64,000 nt of DNA. Source: Negaprion brevirostris. Lineage: Eukaryota. The notes beneath the pieces were generated by a model, which was not told the origin of the DNA, ran no database searches, and worked only from the letters and a program-made list of their open reading frames with translations. A program made the position numbers and the translations under genes. Position 1 is the stretch's first letter. Each line of letters begins with the position of its first letter. Positions 38,090 to 51,614 of the stretch are shown piece by piece. The stretch spans positions 26,950,549 to 27,014,548 of the forward strand of contig JARDVH010000121.1 of the NCBI GenBank assembly GCA_030324005.1, written 5' to 3'.

Positions 38090-39540
38090 ACAAGTTTTGA
38101 AATTAGGCCCTGTACACCAATGTTTAGTCAAATATATAGATCAAGAAGAGTGGTGGTCCTAACACCAACCCAGGGGGAAATCCACTTTGCAATTCCATGT
38201 AGTCCAAATGGCTCTCTATTTCCTGTAATTCAGCCAACTTGGTATCCATGATGCCACTGTGCCTCTTATTCCATGGGCTTCAACTTTTCTGACAAGCCTG
38301 CTACGTGGTACTTAATCAAGTGTCTTTTGGAAGACTATGAGAACTGCACCACATTAACTGTATGACGCTCATCAAACCTTTTTGCTAGCTCAGCAAAAAA
38401 CTCAAACAAGTTATTTAAATGTGATTTCCCCTATAACCATCCATGCTGACTTTCATAAATTAATCAACTTTTGTCCAAGTGACTATTAGTTTTGTTCTTA
38501 GTTATTGTTTCCAGAAGATTTCTCAGCACCAAAGTTAAGCTGACGACCCTGTAGTTGCTGGGACTATCCTTACACCCTCCTTTGGACACTTGGAATTCCG
38601 CGCTCCGTTGTCACCATGCCTATATCTAAGGCGGATAGAAAGATTATGGCCAGTGCCTCCACAGATTATCCCCCTATGTCCTCACTGTCCGCCGATGCAT
38701 CACATCCAACCCTGGTGTGTTATCAACTTTAAGCACAGTCATATTCAATTCCTTCAATTTTTACCTCATCCAGTCTGTCAGCTTTCTAACATTATGACTT
38801 GAGCAACTTTACTTGGAAAAGGCAGATGCAAAGTATTCATTTAGTAACTCAGTTATGTCGAACCCACTCTTTCTTTTACCACCCTCTTACTGTTTATGTG
38901 CTAATAGAAGACTTTTGTATTCCCTTTTATGCTAGCTGCCATCTCTTCTGGGATTTTCCTGTCCCGCCCATGGTGATATGTGTCTTTGACAGAACTGAGA
39001 GCAGCCAAAAGCCTTTTGACTTTGGGTGGGAATTCCCGATCACAGCATCACAGTCTCTTATTTCCTTTTTCACTTCTCCCTCTGAACTTTCTATATTCAG
39101 TCTGATTTTCAATTGTATTATTTAGCTGACTATCTTTTATCATTGTCTTCTTCCAGAGAATTCTGGATTTGTTTGTCCTATCTTTCCCTCAGGTGGGAAT
39201 GTGCCTTATCTGTACCCAAACTATTTCCTGTATGAAGTTGGCCTGTTGTTCCTTTAGAGTTATGCTCCAATTTTCCTGATCTTCAATCTCTTCTACTCTG
39301 CTAAAATTGGCCTCCTGCAGTTAATTAGTTTTTCTCTGGATTGCTCCATTTTACCCTCAACTGTTCCTTTTCCTGTTGCATCGCCAACCTGAAACCTATG
39401 ATACAATGAGCACTGTCTCTTAAATGTTCTCCTATTCACACTTGACCCACATCATTCCCCAGAATCAGATCCAGCAATGTCTCCTTCATTGGGCCAGGAA
39501 AATGTGATGTGAAAAATTCTCCTAAACTTTTCCCCTTCTA
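38090..39540 (-). mobile_element. Decayed CR1 LINE ORF2
   Basis: The reverse complement contains PSNYRVVSLT, QHGW and DFQKTLD-like RT remnants. Confidence 0.65.
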
Positions 39541-41156
39541 TCATTTACACTACTGCTATCTTCTACTATTGTGATCTTCTAATCGTTTTGTCTTGAGACA
39601 AGTCCGTGTGACTTCACACAAAGTCTGGCCAGAGACTAACTATGTGCCCTGGTCACCATGGGGACAGGAATTCAGGTCAAAAGATATTGAAAGTAAACTG
39701 CAAGTTTTAGCACCTAAATACAATGGAGAAAGCAGCTCTTCTTGTAGCTTACAGACTCACGGAACAGTCAAACAGAGAATTTAGGGGAAGAAGGTGGGAA
39801 GGTTCCATCATAACAGCAGGTGCTGTTACGCCAGACAGAACAAGTTAGCTTTTAGGCTAATCACGAAGCGGATGGCTGGTAAAGATGGATCCCATGTTTG
39901 AGAAAACAAGGGAGTGCATTTTACATAACCCTGCTGGGAACGTTTTTAGCAGTGAGGGGCATGTAAAATAGTGTGTGTGCCCACCCCACCACCTTCCTGC
40001 CCATCCCTCAGCCCTTTAGTACAGGGCTGGGCAAGTGCCAACATTGGCAACCCACTTGCCATATTTAAATAAAAGTCAAGGATCAAATGGGTTTGTTAAA
40101 ACTGACCTTGATAATACGCTGTCCAGAATATAAAACAGTTGATTTGGGCAACTGGGTGAGAGTGGGCAGGCTGTTTTTCCAAAGAATGGTAAGAAAGGGG
40201 CCGTACTATCTTCAAGGAGGGCTTCTTGCAGATCTGGGAGGCAACACCTCCCCCACCCAAATAGTTCTGCCCCCTTTCATACTACTCACAGGCTCCATAA
40301 AACACACTACCTCCATCTTCATTACCGTCCTCCCTAAACTACCAAACTTATTCTGCCTGTTAGAGGGGTTCAGAAAACTTCGGGATTTTAGAAACTAATA
40401 AGATTACTAATTGGGGAAATCAACTTCGAGTAAGGACCACAGTGTACCTTATACTTACTTTATGCAAAGGTACTACTTGCTTAATGTAGGGAGTCTTTTG
40501 CTCCACATATGGTGGTGTCCGCTAACATTCTTGGAAGTATGTCTCTCCTGCAGGTGGAAAAAATGGCATAAGTGTTACACTGGGATGACTTCGCAGGAGA
40601 GAGAGAGAAAATGAGCCACTGTTTATGCCTGACCAATGAACCTGCTTGAGTGGGCATTTTCAATGCACCTAAATCCTCACAGCTCTCAACTTTGGAATTA
40701 TGTTCTAGCTCTGCTATCCACCAGAATGAAAACAGAGGCGTATGGGTGACATAAAAGGTCAAATTTTATTTAGGAAGGAATGAAATTAACCAGGCCTGTC
40801 AACATGCACACATAATCAATTACTATGCTATGGAAGGAAGAGATTATAATGATACAACAGATATTTTTAGGTTTACACAATTTTAAACAATTCCCAACCA
40901 CCCTTCCTCAACACTTGGCTAACTGGGGATTTCTGGGCACTGTAGATTATACTCACCACTCTTGGTGTCAAAGGGGCAGTATTGCCTCTAAGAAAAGGTC
41001 AGGGCCATCTTACCTTCAAGAGACACGCACCTTGGTTGCATGGTTTGGTATGTATAAAAGTTTTTACTGTGCAACCCAGATCTTCAGTCTGGGGTTGTAT
41101 CCACAAATGCTGTTTCTTGGGTCCTGGATCTTTGCTGATAAGTGCTTGTTGAATTT

Positions 41157-42330
41157 CTTTATTTGATTTGATTTGATTTATTATAGTCACATGTATTAGC
41201 ATACAGTGAAAAGTATTGTTTCTTGCGTGCTATACAGACAAAACATGCCATTCATAGAGAAGGAAATGAAAGAGTACAGAATGTAGTGTTACAGTCATAG
41301 CCAGGGTGTAGAAAAATGAGGTAGGTCCATTCAAAAGTCTAATGGCAGCAGGGAAGAAGATGTTCTTGAGTCAATAGGTATGTGTCCTCAGACTTCTGTA
41401 TCTTTTTCCCAATGGGAGAAGGTGGAAGAGAGTATGCCCAGGATGCGTGGAGTCCATAATTATGCTGGCTGTTTTTCTGAGGCAGCAGGAAGTATTGACA
41501 GTGTCAATGAGTGGGAGGCTGGCTGCCTGATGGACTGGGCTTCATCCACAACTCTTTATAATTTCTTGTGGCCTTGGACAGAGCAAAAGCCATACCAAGC
41601 TGTGTTACAACCAGAAAGAATGCTTTCTATGGTGCATCTGGAAAAGTTGGTGAGAGTTGGTAGACATGCCAAATTTCCTAAGTCTTCTGAGGAAAGTAGA
41701 GGCATTGGTGGGTTTTCTTAACTATAGTGTCAGCAGAGGGGGACCAGGACAGGTTGTTGATGATCTGGGCACTTAAAAGTTTGAAGCTGGCAACCATTTC
41801 TATTTTGTCCCCATTGATGTAGACAGGGGCACGTCTCCACTGTGTCTCCTGAAGTCGTTGACTTCATTTTGTTGGCATTGAGGGAGAATTCACCAGGTTC
41901 TCTATCTCATTCCTATATTCTGTCTCGTCATAAGAACATAAGAACCTAAGAAATAGGAGCAGGAGTAGGCCATCCAGCCCTTCGAGCCTGCCCCGCCATT
42001 CAATAAGATCATGGCTGATCTGTNNNNNNNNNNNNNNNNNNNNNNNNNNNNNNNNNNNNNNNNNNNNNNNNNNNNNNNNNNNNNNNNNNNNNNNNNNNNN
42101 NNNNNNNNNNNNNNNNNNNNNNNAATCAAAAGTCTGATGGCAGCGGGAAGAAGCTGTTCTTGAGTTGTTTGGTATGTGACCTCAGACATTTGTGTCTTTT
42201 TCGTGATGGAAGAACGTGGAAGAGAGAATGACTGGGGTACGTGAGGTCCTTAATTATGCTGGCTGCTTTGCTGAGGCAGCAGGAAGTGTAGACAGAGTCA
42301 ACAGAAGGGATGGATTGGGCTACATTCACA
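41157..42330 (-). mobile_element. Rex1-type LINE 3' fragments flanking a gap, with a CR1 tail at 41930-42023
   Basis: (GATTT)n tail at 41160; reverse complement of the 15.6-16.8 kb element's 3' part. Confidence 0.8.
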
Positions 42331-44479
42331 AATGGTGGTTGAAGAGTAATTTTAGTGTCTTTTCAGCTGTTGGAATCGAAAAGGAACAAAGCTGCTACTC
42401 AGTCAAAGCTGGTTGGTTCTGCTTGGAGAAGAGTCCCTGGCTGTAGTTGTAGAGAAGTGAACCACTCGTGCTCTGGCTAAAAGAGTCTCTTGTCCTTTGT
42501 CTTAATCCAATTTTATAAAGATGCAGCTTTTGAAATTCTGGCAAGCTCCTCCCAAAGTCAGTTGAATTTTAATGAGAGTGCTTGGAGCTCTTGAGGTACG
42601 AAATGGTTTTGATTGTCCTCAGGAGGTGTTGATTGCTTTCCCATCAAGATGGTTTTGCAAGGCACAGCCTGGGCTCAAACCTGTTGGATTTTGCAGACAA
42701 CTTGGAGTCTATAATGTGTGCGGCCCATAGATGTTGTGATGGGTAGCGATGTTAGCCAGGCCTAGTAGTGCCCACTTTTGCATAACTAGCAGACTAGTTT
42801 GGCCATGACTCANNNNNNNNNNCCCAGACGGATTTGATAAGGCTATTTATCTTTTTGTCTATTGCAGCCATTTTAAGTTCATGTGTTTTGAAACACAGAA
42901 TTTTAAGTTTGTCCAAATTTCAGCCAGCTTTGTCCATATTCCACATATTATATTCATGTCTATTAAAAGGTGGACTTACTTCATCTACAGTAGGTACTCA
43001 TAAAACTACCACTATGGAAATTAAACATATATTTTAGATATAAACAAGTATTTTTGAAAGAATGGTGCATCTTGGCCAAATGGAAAATGCCCTGGAGCAT
43101 AATGGGAAGAGTAAACTTGATAGGCCACATTCTTTGGGAACAATAAGCCACAGAAAAGTTTGTTATCAGAAAAGTCATGGAGAGTTCAAATTCTCATTCT
43201 CTAGGAAATGAATAGAAGTATTCACAAAGTATATAAAGTATTCAATTCCACTGATTAAAACATTCAATTCTTACTGACAATTCGGCAGAACGACACAACG
43301 GGAACGTCACCTTTTCAATTCTGTGATGTACAGTGAGAAAGCAATCTTTGAACTTTATGGATTTACGTAAGTGAGGTCGCTTAGCAACAGTGGGTAGGAC
43401 CTTCTGCATCCTATAGAATGAATTCCTAATTCTGCTAGGAGGTAGAGTGCAATTGGACAAGGTAAATAATGTGTACAAACATGATTGGAGCATCCAGTTA
43501 GGATGACAGAGTAGGCGGTAGAATTGAAGCTTTGAAAGTGTGTGACCATTTTGTCATTGCATTGTAAACTTCAGAAAGGAGTTGGTGTCTCTGGCTGCCT
43601 TTCTCCCAGCATGTGTTGGTCAATAAATATGTCTTTAACCAGCACACTATCGTTCGTGAATCTTTGTATTTAGATATACAGCTCAATACTTAGCACCTGA
43701 GAGAAATCCCCACTTCTCTGTCCAAGACCCTGGACTGACCTGGCTCTGGGATCCATGGGCTGCCATGTTCCTGTTTATATTTCTGGCAGCACCTATTAAT
43801 GTTCTCTTGATACTGTTGGGGCTAACCAATCCAGTTGGTTGACAGCTCCTGAAGGCAAGACTTCCGCCCCAGAGAGGGGCAAAAGTCCTTCACTGCTCCA
43901 ATTTAGCCTGCCCATATGTATTATGAGGGTAGGGTAGGCTGGCATGGAGTATGTCGACTCAACGCTGACTGCTTCTGGAGTATTAAGCTGTCTGCCCTCC
44001 CCATAATTTTTCTGCTTAAGATTTGTGAAGAATTAAACACCACGGAATCATGGGGGGTATCTTTGGGAGTCTATTTTTTAATGCTCTAAGGATGGAATGA
44101 AAAGAAATTTATCTAAAAGGATACTGGAAAATCCATCCTGGTGAAAGAGGGAGAATACATTCTTTGGATCTAGAAGGAGCTTTAGATGTTAAACTCAAGA
44201 TTACACATCACATAGAGTGTAGTGTAATGTATAAACAGGGCATAAAGTTTCCAGTTGTTAAGAAGTTGCGAGGAAATACGTTTTCTGTGGTTTAGTATCT
44301 TGCTAAGTAATATTTAATTAATGTTGATTTCAGTGTGTTTGTTCCAGTAAAAGACTTAAAACGTGAAATCTTAGTAGGTGACTTGATCACTGGGAGATCA
44401 ATATCTCTTTTTAAAAGCTATTGTATTCTATAGGGATTGTAACGAGTCCCACGTGGTGATCTGCGCCTGCCACTCATCA

Positions 44480-45230
44480 GCCTTATTTTCTGCACTTTCA
44501 CATACATGCACAGCAAACTTAATTTATACTTTATTTCATCACTTCTTACCCTGACCCCAGTAATACCATTGGATTTCTTGCCCTCGTGCTGCCTGTCTCC
44601 CTGTTCTCTGTACTTTCAAAAATACTTGTTCTTTCTTACTAACATTTCCTGGCCAAGTTCTGCCTCTGCTCAGTTATTTTAAACTTTTTCAAATAGCACA
44701 AACAAATCACCCCTCAAAGACATTTTTTTCCAGCTTTGTTCAGGCACAAACCATCTAGCATGTGGTGCCCATCTCCCCCAAAGTGATCCCAATGTCCCAA
44801 GAAACTAAAGCCTTTCCTCCCTCACCATCTCTCCGGTCATACATTTACCTGTCTATCCTCCTATTCCTCTACTCACTAGCAAGTGTTACTGGGAATAAAT
44901 CCCACAATACCTTTGATATCAAATTTGTGAGTTTCTTTCCGAACACCTTAAACTCTGCCTATAAGACCTCACCTTTCTTTCTGTCCATGGTTTTGGTACC
45001 AATATGGATCACAACCACTGGCTGTTCACCCTCTGAGTGCTCAGTAGCCACTTGACAACATACCATCCTGAATTCACGTTTGTTCCCCCAGCCATCACAT
45101 TCCCAATCAGTATTGATTCCCCAATCTTACTCCTGCTCCCCCCTTCACTGAACCCCTACCCCCAAATCCCGTATGGCTGAGTCAGTCATGGTACTGTGGA
45201 TTTGGCTTTGGCTGCATACCCCAGAGTAAC
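44480..45230 (-). mobile_element. CR1 ORF1 (SGNH esterase) fragment
   Basis: QPVVVIHIGTKTMD-like segment on the minus strand, homologous to 62780-62880. Confidence 0.55.
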
Positions 45231-48200
45231 CATCATACTTACCCATACAAAGAGTGTAATTGTGTCAAACAGATATATCCTCCACTCATTATACATCTCT
45301 CATTTTTCACTTCTATTGATTTTGCAGTGTAAGTTTTGAATCAGTTTACACAGATGTACCAAATGAAAGTTGAATGCTAAATTTCAATTCTACATCTCCA
45401 CTTGTTTATATTGGACTCATTTAGTTTTCTCTTTTTTTGTAGCTTCCTAAATAACCACCTACATCATGGGTTTGGTTGGTGATCGTTGCCACTTGACAAA
45501 AGCTTTGTTTGTGGTCGGGAATGTAATTTGTATTGCAGTGTCCATTCTATTTTAACCTTCGCTGCCTGGTTCATATGAAATTCACAATTAGAACTTTGTT
45601 TCTGTATTAGTTTCAAAGGTGCATCAGCCTGGGCTGATCAGTCTAGAAACCCTGTTGAGAAGGAAGCCATTCGGCCTGTTGAGTCACCAACAACCAATCC
45701 CACCCAGGCCCTATCCCCAAAACCCCACATGTTTACCTTGTTAATCTCTCTGACATACACATCCTGGAACACTAAGGGGCAATTTAGCATGGCCAATCAA
45801 TCTTTGGACTGTGGGAGGAAACCAGAGTACCTGGTGGAAACCCATGCAGACATGGGGAGAATGTACAAACTCCACACAGATAGTGACCCAAGCTAGGAAT
45901 CGAACCTAAGTCCCTGGAGCTGTGAGGCAGCAGCACTAACCACTGTGCCACTCTTGCCCAATTCCTAGAAACAAAATGTAGCTTGGGGACAAACTAAACT
46001 TTCAAACCATGAAAGATGACAGTGGCATTTTGTTCTAACCAATGGAAAGAGTGAAGGCCCTATCCAAGTCTGACACTTGATTTTCAGGGAAAACAAACTG
46101 ACATGGTTTCAATTCCTGTAGCTCTATGGGACAGAGCAGTAGGAAACCATTTGTGGTACTCCCTATTTACAACTTTCAGACAATACTGCTACTCCTGGGG
46201 CAAGTGCATGATTTTCCCAATAAGCTAGATCCATTTTTCCAATAAACTAGTCAAACGAAAGCCATTTTGACACGTTCCATCACAGAATCCCTACAGTACA
46301 GTCCCTTAGGCACATTGAGTTTGCACCAACTCTCCACCAGAGTAATTCACCCAAGTCCTATTCCCATAACCACACAAACCTACCCTGCTAATTCCCCTAA
46401 CCTATACATCTTGGGACACTAAGGGACAAATTAGCATGACCAATCAACCTAACCTGAACATCTTTGGACTGTGGAAGGAAACNNNNNNNNNNNNNNNNNN
46501 NNNNNNNNNNNNNNNNNNNNNNNNNNNNNNNNNNNNNNNNNNNNNNNNNNNNNNNNNNNNNNNNNNNNNNNNNNNNNNNNNNNNNNNNNNNNNNNNNNNN
46601 NNNNNNNNNNNNNNNNNNNNNNNNNNNNNNNNNNNNNNNNNNNNNNNNNNNNNNNNNNNNNNNNNNNNNNNNNNNNNNNNNNNNNNNNNNNNNNNNNNNN
46701 NNNNNNNNNNNNNCTGCCTATAACACTGATTCAATAGAATAAAAATTGGGCAGTTTCTAACATGGATGTCTTATGCACTATACTAGTTCTGACAGCAAGT
46801 TAAAAGTCTACTCATTGAGGCTAAATGTCACATAGATGTAAGTGTCTTGGCAGCAAAGTTAGGTGAAGTCAGGCTAAGGTTGCCAAGATGAAGGTAAGTA
46901 CTGTGGGGTAAAGACTAGAAAGACTTAGCTCAGGGATCAACTCTAAGGTTACTCATAGTTATGGAAATCTAATCAAGGATCCAGGGATGGAAATGAAATC
47001 CATAATAAAGTATAGTTTTGGGTAGGAACTGAAATGTTCTGGCTCAAAATCTCCAAATTAAGTTCTTTCCAGGTGCTAAATTGGGGAAAAGTTTGGCTCA
47101 TCCATGACTGAAGGTCAGGCAACCAATTTGACAGCACAGAGGTATGTATGACAGTGAGGGAAATGATAACAATGGGTGTAGTCTCCATACACATAGAGGC
47201 TGGCCCAGTGTCAATAACTTAAAATAATTATTCTTGGGACATGGGTGCTGTTGACAAATACAGTCCTCATTTGCCATTCCTGATTGCCCTTGATGAGGTG
47301 ATGGTGAGTTGCCTTCTTAGAGTGGGAATTCCAAGGTTACGATCCAATGGGAAAAAAATTCTGGATGGACGTGTGACTTGAAGGGAATTTGCAAGAGGTG
47401 GTATTCCCTTGCAGCTGCTGCCCTTGTCCTTCTGGATGGTAGAGATCACAGATTTCAGAGGTGTTTGTAAGAAGTCTTGGCAATTTGCTGCAGTCTGCCT
47501 TGTAGACAGTAAATACTGTAGCTAAGATGGTAGTTGACTGCCAAACAAGCAAAATGGTTTTTGTGTTGGACGGCGTCAATCTTTTAGAGTGTTGCTGATG
47601 TTGCATTCATCCAGCCAAGTGGAGAGTATTTCAAGACTTTGGTCTTTTAGTTGGTGGTCAGGCTATTTAGAATTCCCCGTCTCTGACTTGTTCTTGTCAC
47701 AACAGTATCTATATACTCGTCAAGTTAGGTCAATGTTGATATTCAGGGTGTTGATGGTATTTAGGAATGGTAGTACTCATTGAATGTCAAAGAGAGCTGG
47801 TCACACTTTCCTGTTGGAGATGGTTTTGCACAAATATTGCTTTCTAATTATGAGCCCAAACCTGAGCGTTGTCTGTATCTTGCTGCGTGGATGTATGGAC
47901 AGCCCTGTTATGAATTATAGTTGGTATTCGACACTGTGCAGATATCAGAAAGCTTCTCTACTTCAGTATGATAGCAAGAGGGTATATAATTAACGAAGGT
48001 TACATCAATGTTCAAAGAATGGCAGCAATGTTAGCCTGATGTGGAATGACTCACCCTCATTTTGAAATGCATTGTTGAAAATAAGTAGCAATTATCTGGC
48101 ATTTAAATGACTGACCTCAAACAATCACAATCATCTTCCTTTGTGCTTGGTATGACTCCAATCAGTGGAAAGCTTTTCTCCCCTTATTATCATTACCTCA

Positions 48201-50063
48201 GTTTTACTCAGCCTCCTCGATGCCATACTCAGTCAAATGCTACCTTAGTGTTAAGGGCAGTAATTCTCACTCCACCTCTTGGATTCAGCTCTTTTGTCTA
48301 TGCTTGGACCAATGTTGTAACAAGGTCAGGAGCTGAGTGATTGTGGCAGTGGCACAGTGGTATTGTCACTGGGTTAATAAATCCAGAGGTAATCATCTGG
48401 GTCTATGAACATTTATGTTCAAATCCCACCAGGCCAGATGGTGAAATTTGAATTCCATAAAAATCTGGATTTAAAAGTCAAATGATGGAACCATTGTCTA
48501 TTGTTCTAAAAACCAACCTGATACACTCATGCCCTTTAGGGAAGGAAATATGCCATTCTTGGTCTGGGCTACATTTGACTTAGATCTACAGCAATGTGGT
48601 TGACTCTTAAATACCCTCTGAAACAGCCAAAGAAGCCACTCAAGGGCAATTAGCGATGAGCAACAAATGCTGGTCCAGCCAACGATGAAGCCATTCCATG
48701 ACTGAATCATGAGAAAAAACTAAGCATCAGTGAGCATCCATCATTTTGCTGATGATTGTGAGTAGACTGATGGGGCAGTAAATGGTTGGGTTGGAATTGT
48801 GCTGTGTATTTTGGCAATTTTCCATGTTAGCAGTGCTGCAGTGAAGTAGCTTGGTTCAGGGACATGGTTATCTCTGGAGCACACATCTTGTTGCTGAAAA
48901 TGTTATTAAGATCTTTGTGTGTCCTGTGCCTTCAGCAATTTTTTGACATCGCATGGACTAAATCAAATTTATTGAAGACTGGCATCTATGCTGCTGGGGA
49001 CATCAGGGAGAGTCCAAAATAGATCATCTGCTCAACCCTTCTGGCTGAGGAAGGTTGCAAATGCTTCAGTTTTGACTTTTGTATTAATATGCAATAAAAG
49101 GTGGTGACAACACTGAATATCAACTGGGCCAATATCTCACAGTCAAATGGCAATTAAATGGAAACCCAGTGGAAAATAAATCTATCATTTAGACACGAAG
49201 ATGGTCAAATCATATGATGAAACTCACTGCAGTGGTGTTATTGTTCCCTCATTTGTACCACTTTCAGTATTCAGCCAAAATATCATACATACTCAAGTGC
49301 ACAAATTGACCCCATGATTTTGAGAACAAAAATCATTGTTTCTCATTTATCTCATGTAAAGCTGAATCTACTTTTTCAGGGATCAAAGCCCAAAAGATCA
49401 GAAATAAAGTATAATCTTTACAATCACATTAAAAACCTCCATTTATTATTCATTAGAACAGTTACACATACCATAATTCCTCCAGTTCATACTTGTCATT
49501 TAAGAAATGAATAATGTAACTTTCTTGATTTTTGCAGGGAAGAAACTAACAAATTGGAGAATAATAATAAGCAGTGCACGTGAAAACAGGATGTAGGGAC
49601 CAACTTCCAGAGCAACCTTGAAATAAATCAACGCCCATGGCTAGTGCCCTCAATCATGGCCCTCAGCCTTCCTGGGGAGAGGAGGGAAGGCTCAGGAAAT
49701 GCCAGCTGGATACTCACGCATGCTAACAATGCAAGAAGGCAGCTCACCTTCTCAAGGGCAATTAGGGTTGGGCAATAAATGCTGGCCTAGCTAGCAATAC
49801 CTACATGCCATGAATGACTTAAAAAAAAATCCCCCTGCAGTAGGGCTTGGATTGCAGGCTGGAAATCATGAGCATGACATTCTCCAATGCTGCTGTCCTT
49901 CCCTTTCCCCGACTCCAGAGAAACATTGAAACCACAGGTCCAGCCAATGCTTCCTCTTTCAGAGCGTGGGGGTTTGAAGAAGGGTCCTTAATAAAAACAC
50001 AAGAGGCAGAGATGTTAATAGGACCTAAGCCGATTTGTGAAGTCAAAACGAAGTCACAGATTT

Positions 50064-50200
50064 TGGCTGGAATTTTCCAACCGTTCACACCAGTGGGATT
50101 TTCCCATCCCGCTGCAGTGAATGGAGATTTGGCTTGTTGCCAAATTTTTCGTCTTCGCTGCAGCGGGAATATGGTGTTAATGGACGGTACAATTGCACCC
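50064..50200. mobile_element. Short palindromic MITE-like element
   Basis: Imperfect terminal inverted repeats and an internal inverted repeat at 50107-50168. Confidence 0.55.
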
Positions 50201-50559
50201 TTTTCTTTATAGAGACAGTTTATTGACTAGTTCAGTCTTACAACTCTCCTCCTATTACACCCAGTGTCCCAGCCATCTCCTATTTATATGTACTCAAAGA
50301 CAACTAATAACCATCAACTTTTTTTTAAATCTTAACAAGGTAATTGGAATGGCATTAGCAGAGAGAGATAATAAACAGCAGCTAAACTTTCTCCATGAGC
50401 TTGCAAATTATTTTGCGAGGCATGTTTGGTGCGCTCAGTGGATGTGTTTCAGTTCAAAGTCCCCTGAAAACATGTTAACTGTCAATCCCTTACCTTTTTG
50501 CCTCAAGAATGGGGCTCAAACATTTGTCATTTACACAAGTATATACAGAATGCAACAAA

Positions 50560-51569
50560 ATCAACACATTCAGCATTTTGTTAGTTTATTTAGAGAGCTT
50601 TATTAAATACATTTTAACTATTAATTGATTACATTTTATTTTGTATTAAGAACATATAATCTATTAAAATGCACTGAATGTATGAGACAAACAGCACTCT
50701 GTAATTCACGGATTAATGTACCAAAACATACAGATTTTGGATTTCTAACAAAATCATCTGTGGCAAAACTAAAACTGCCAAATTTCATTAACTGAATCTA
50801 TTAAAACAATAACATTGTAAATCATTTACAAAACCACAATATAATAAATGCAGGGAACAAATCCCTCTTTAATTCTGGAAACAAGAACAACATTGACAAA
50901 AGGTAACAGTTTTCCTATATTTTTGCCAGTCTAATATTTAACTTGCACCATTTATTATTACAACCCAGTTACTGTCCAAGTGGATTACTTAGCCTGATAG
51001 TAGCTGTTTTAAAAGGGAAATCCATTCTCTGGGTGAGTCCAAATTGTGACACTAAAATCCCTGGCCACCTAGTCCAAGGCAGTTCAAAGATTTCAGTTCA
51101 ATTTGTACTCATTGTTGTTAATCACTGGTTGTCCTGTCTGCATTCTATGCATCGGAAGATTTAAATAGGTCCGTTCTTGCCATAGTCACTTTATCTGGTG
51201 GATAGATCTTAAGTAATAACTTTAAGACCCATAAATATTTGCTGCCTATGATATTCTCAATTCAATAGGACTATTTATTTTACACTTGATTGGCTTGAAA
51301 ATATTTCTCTTGGGTCAAGTGTCAGGATGCATCTCTTGGGAATCTCAGTTCAATGAGGCCTTGGATCAGAATAAGGTGCCTTGATTTACATGGTGCAGCC
51401 TATGCCAAAATGTGCCACAAAGGATCTTCTTTGGACATGAAGTGTGTGGGAGCAAAAAGCATTGCTTGTTAGCTGCTTATAAGGCCACATAAAATATTGA
51501 CAATTAGTCTGTAAAATGTACTAATAAATGTCCTGTAATGCATGTCTTATTTTGCAGGTCTGGATGTGA

Positions 51570-51614
<45 letters not shown>

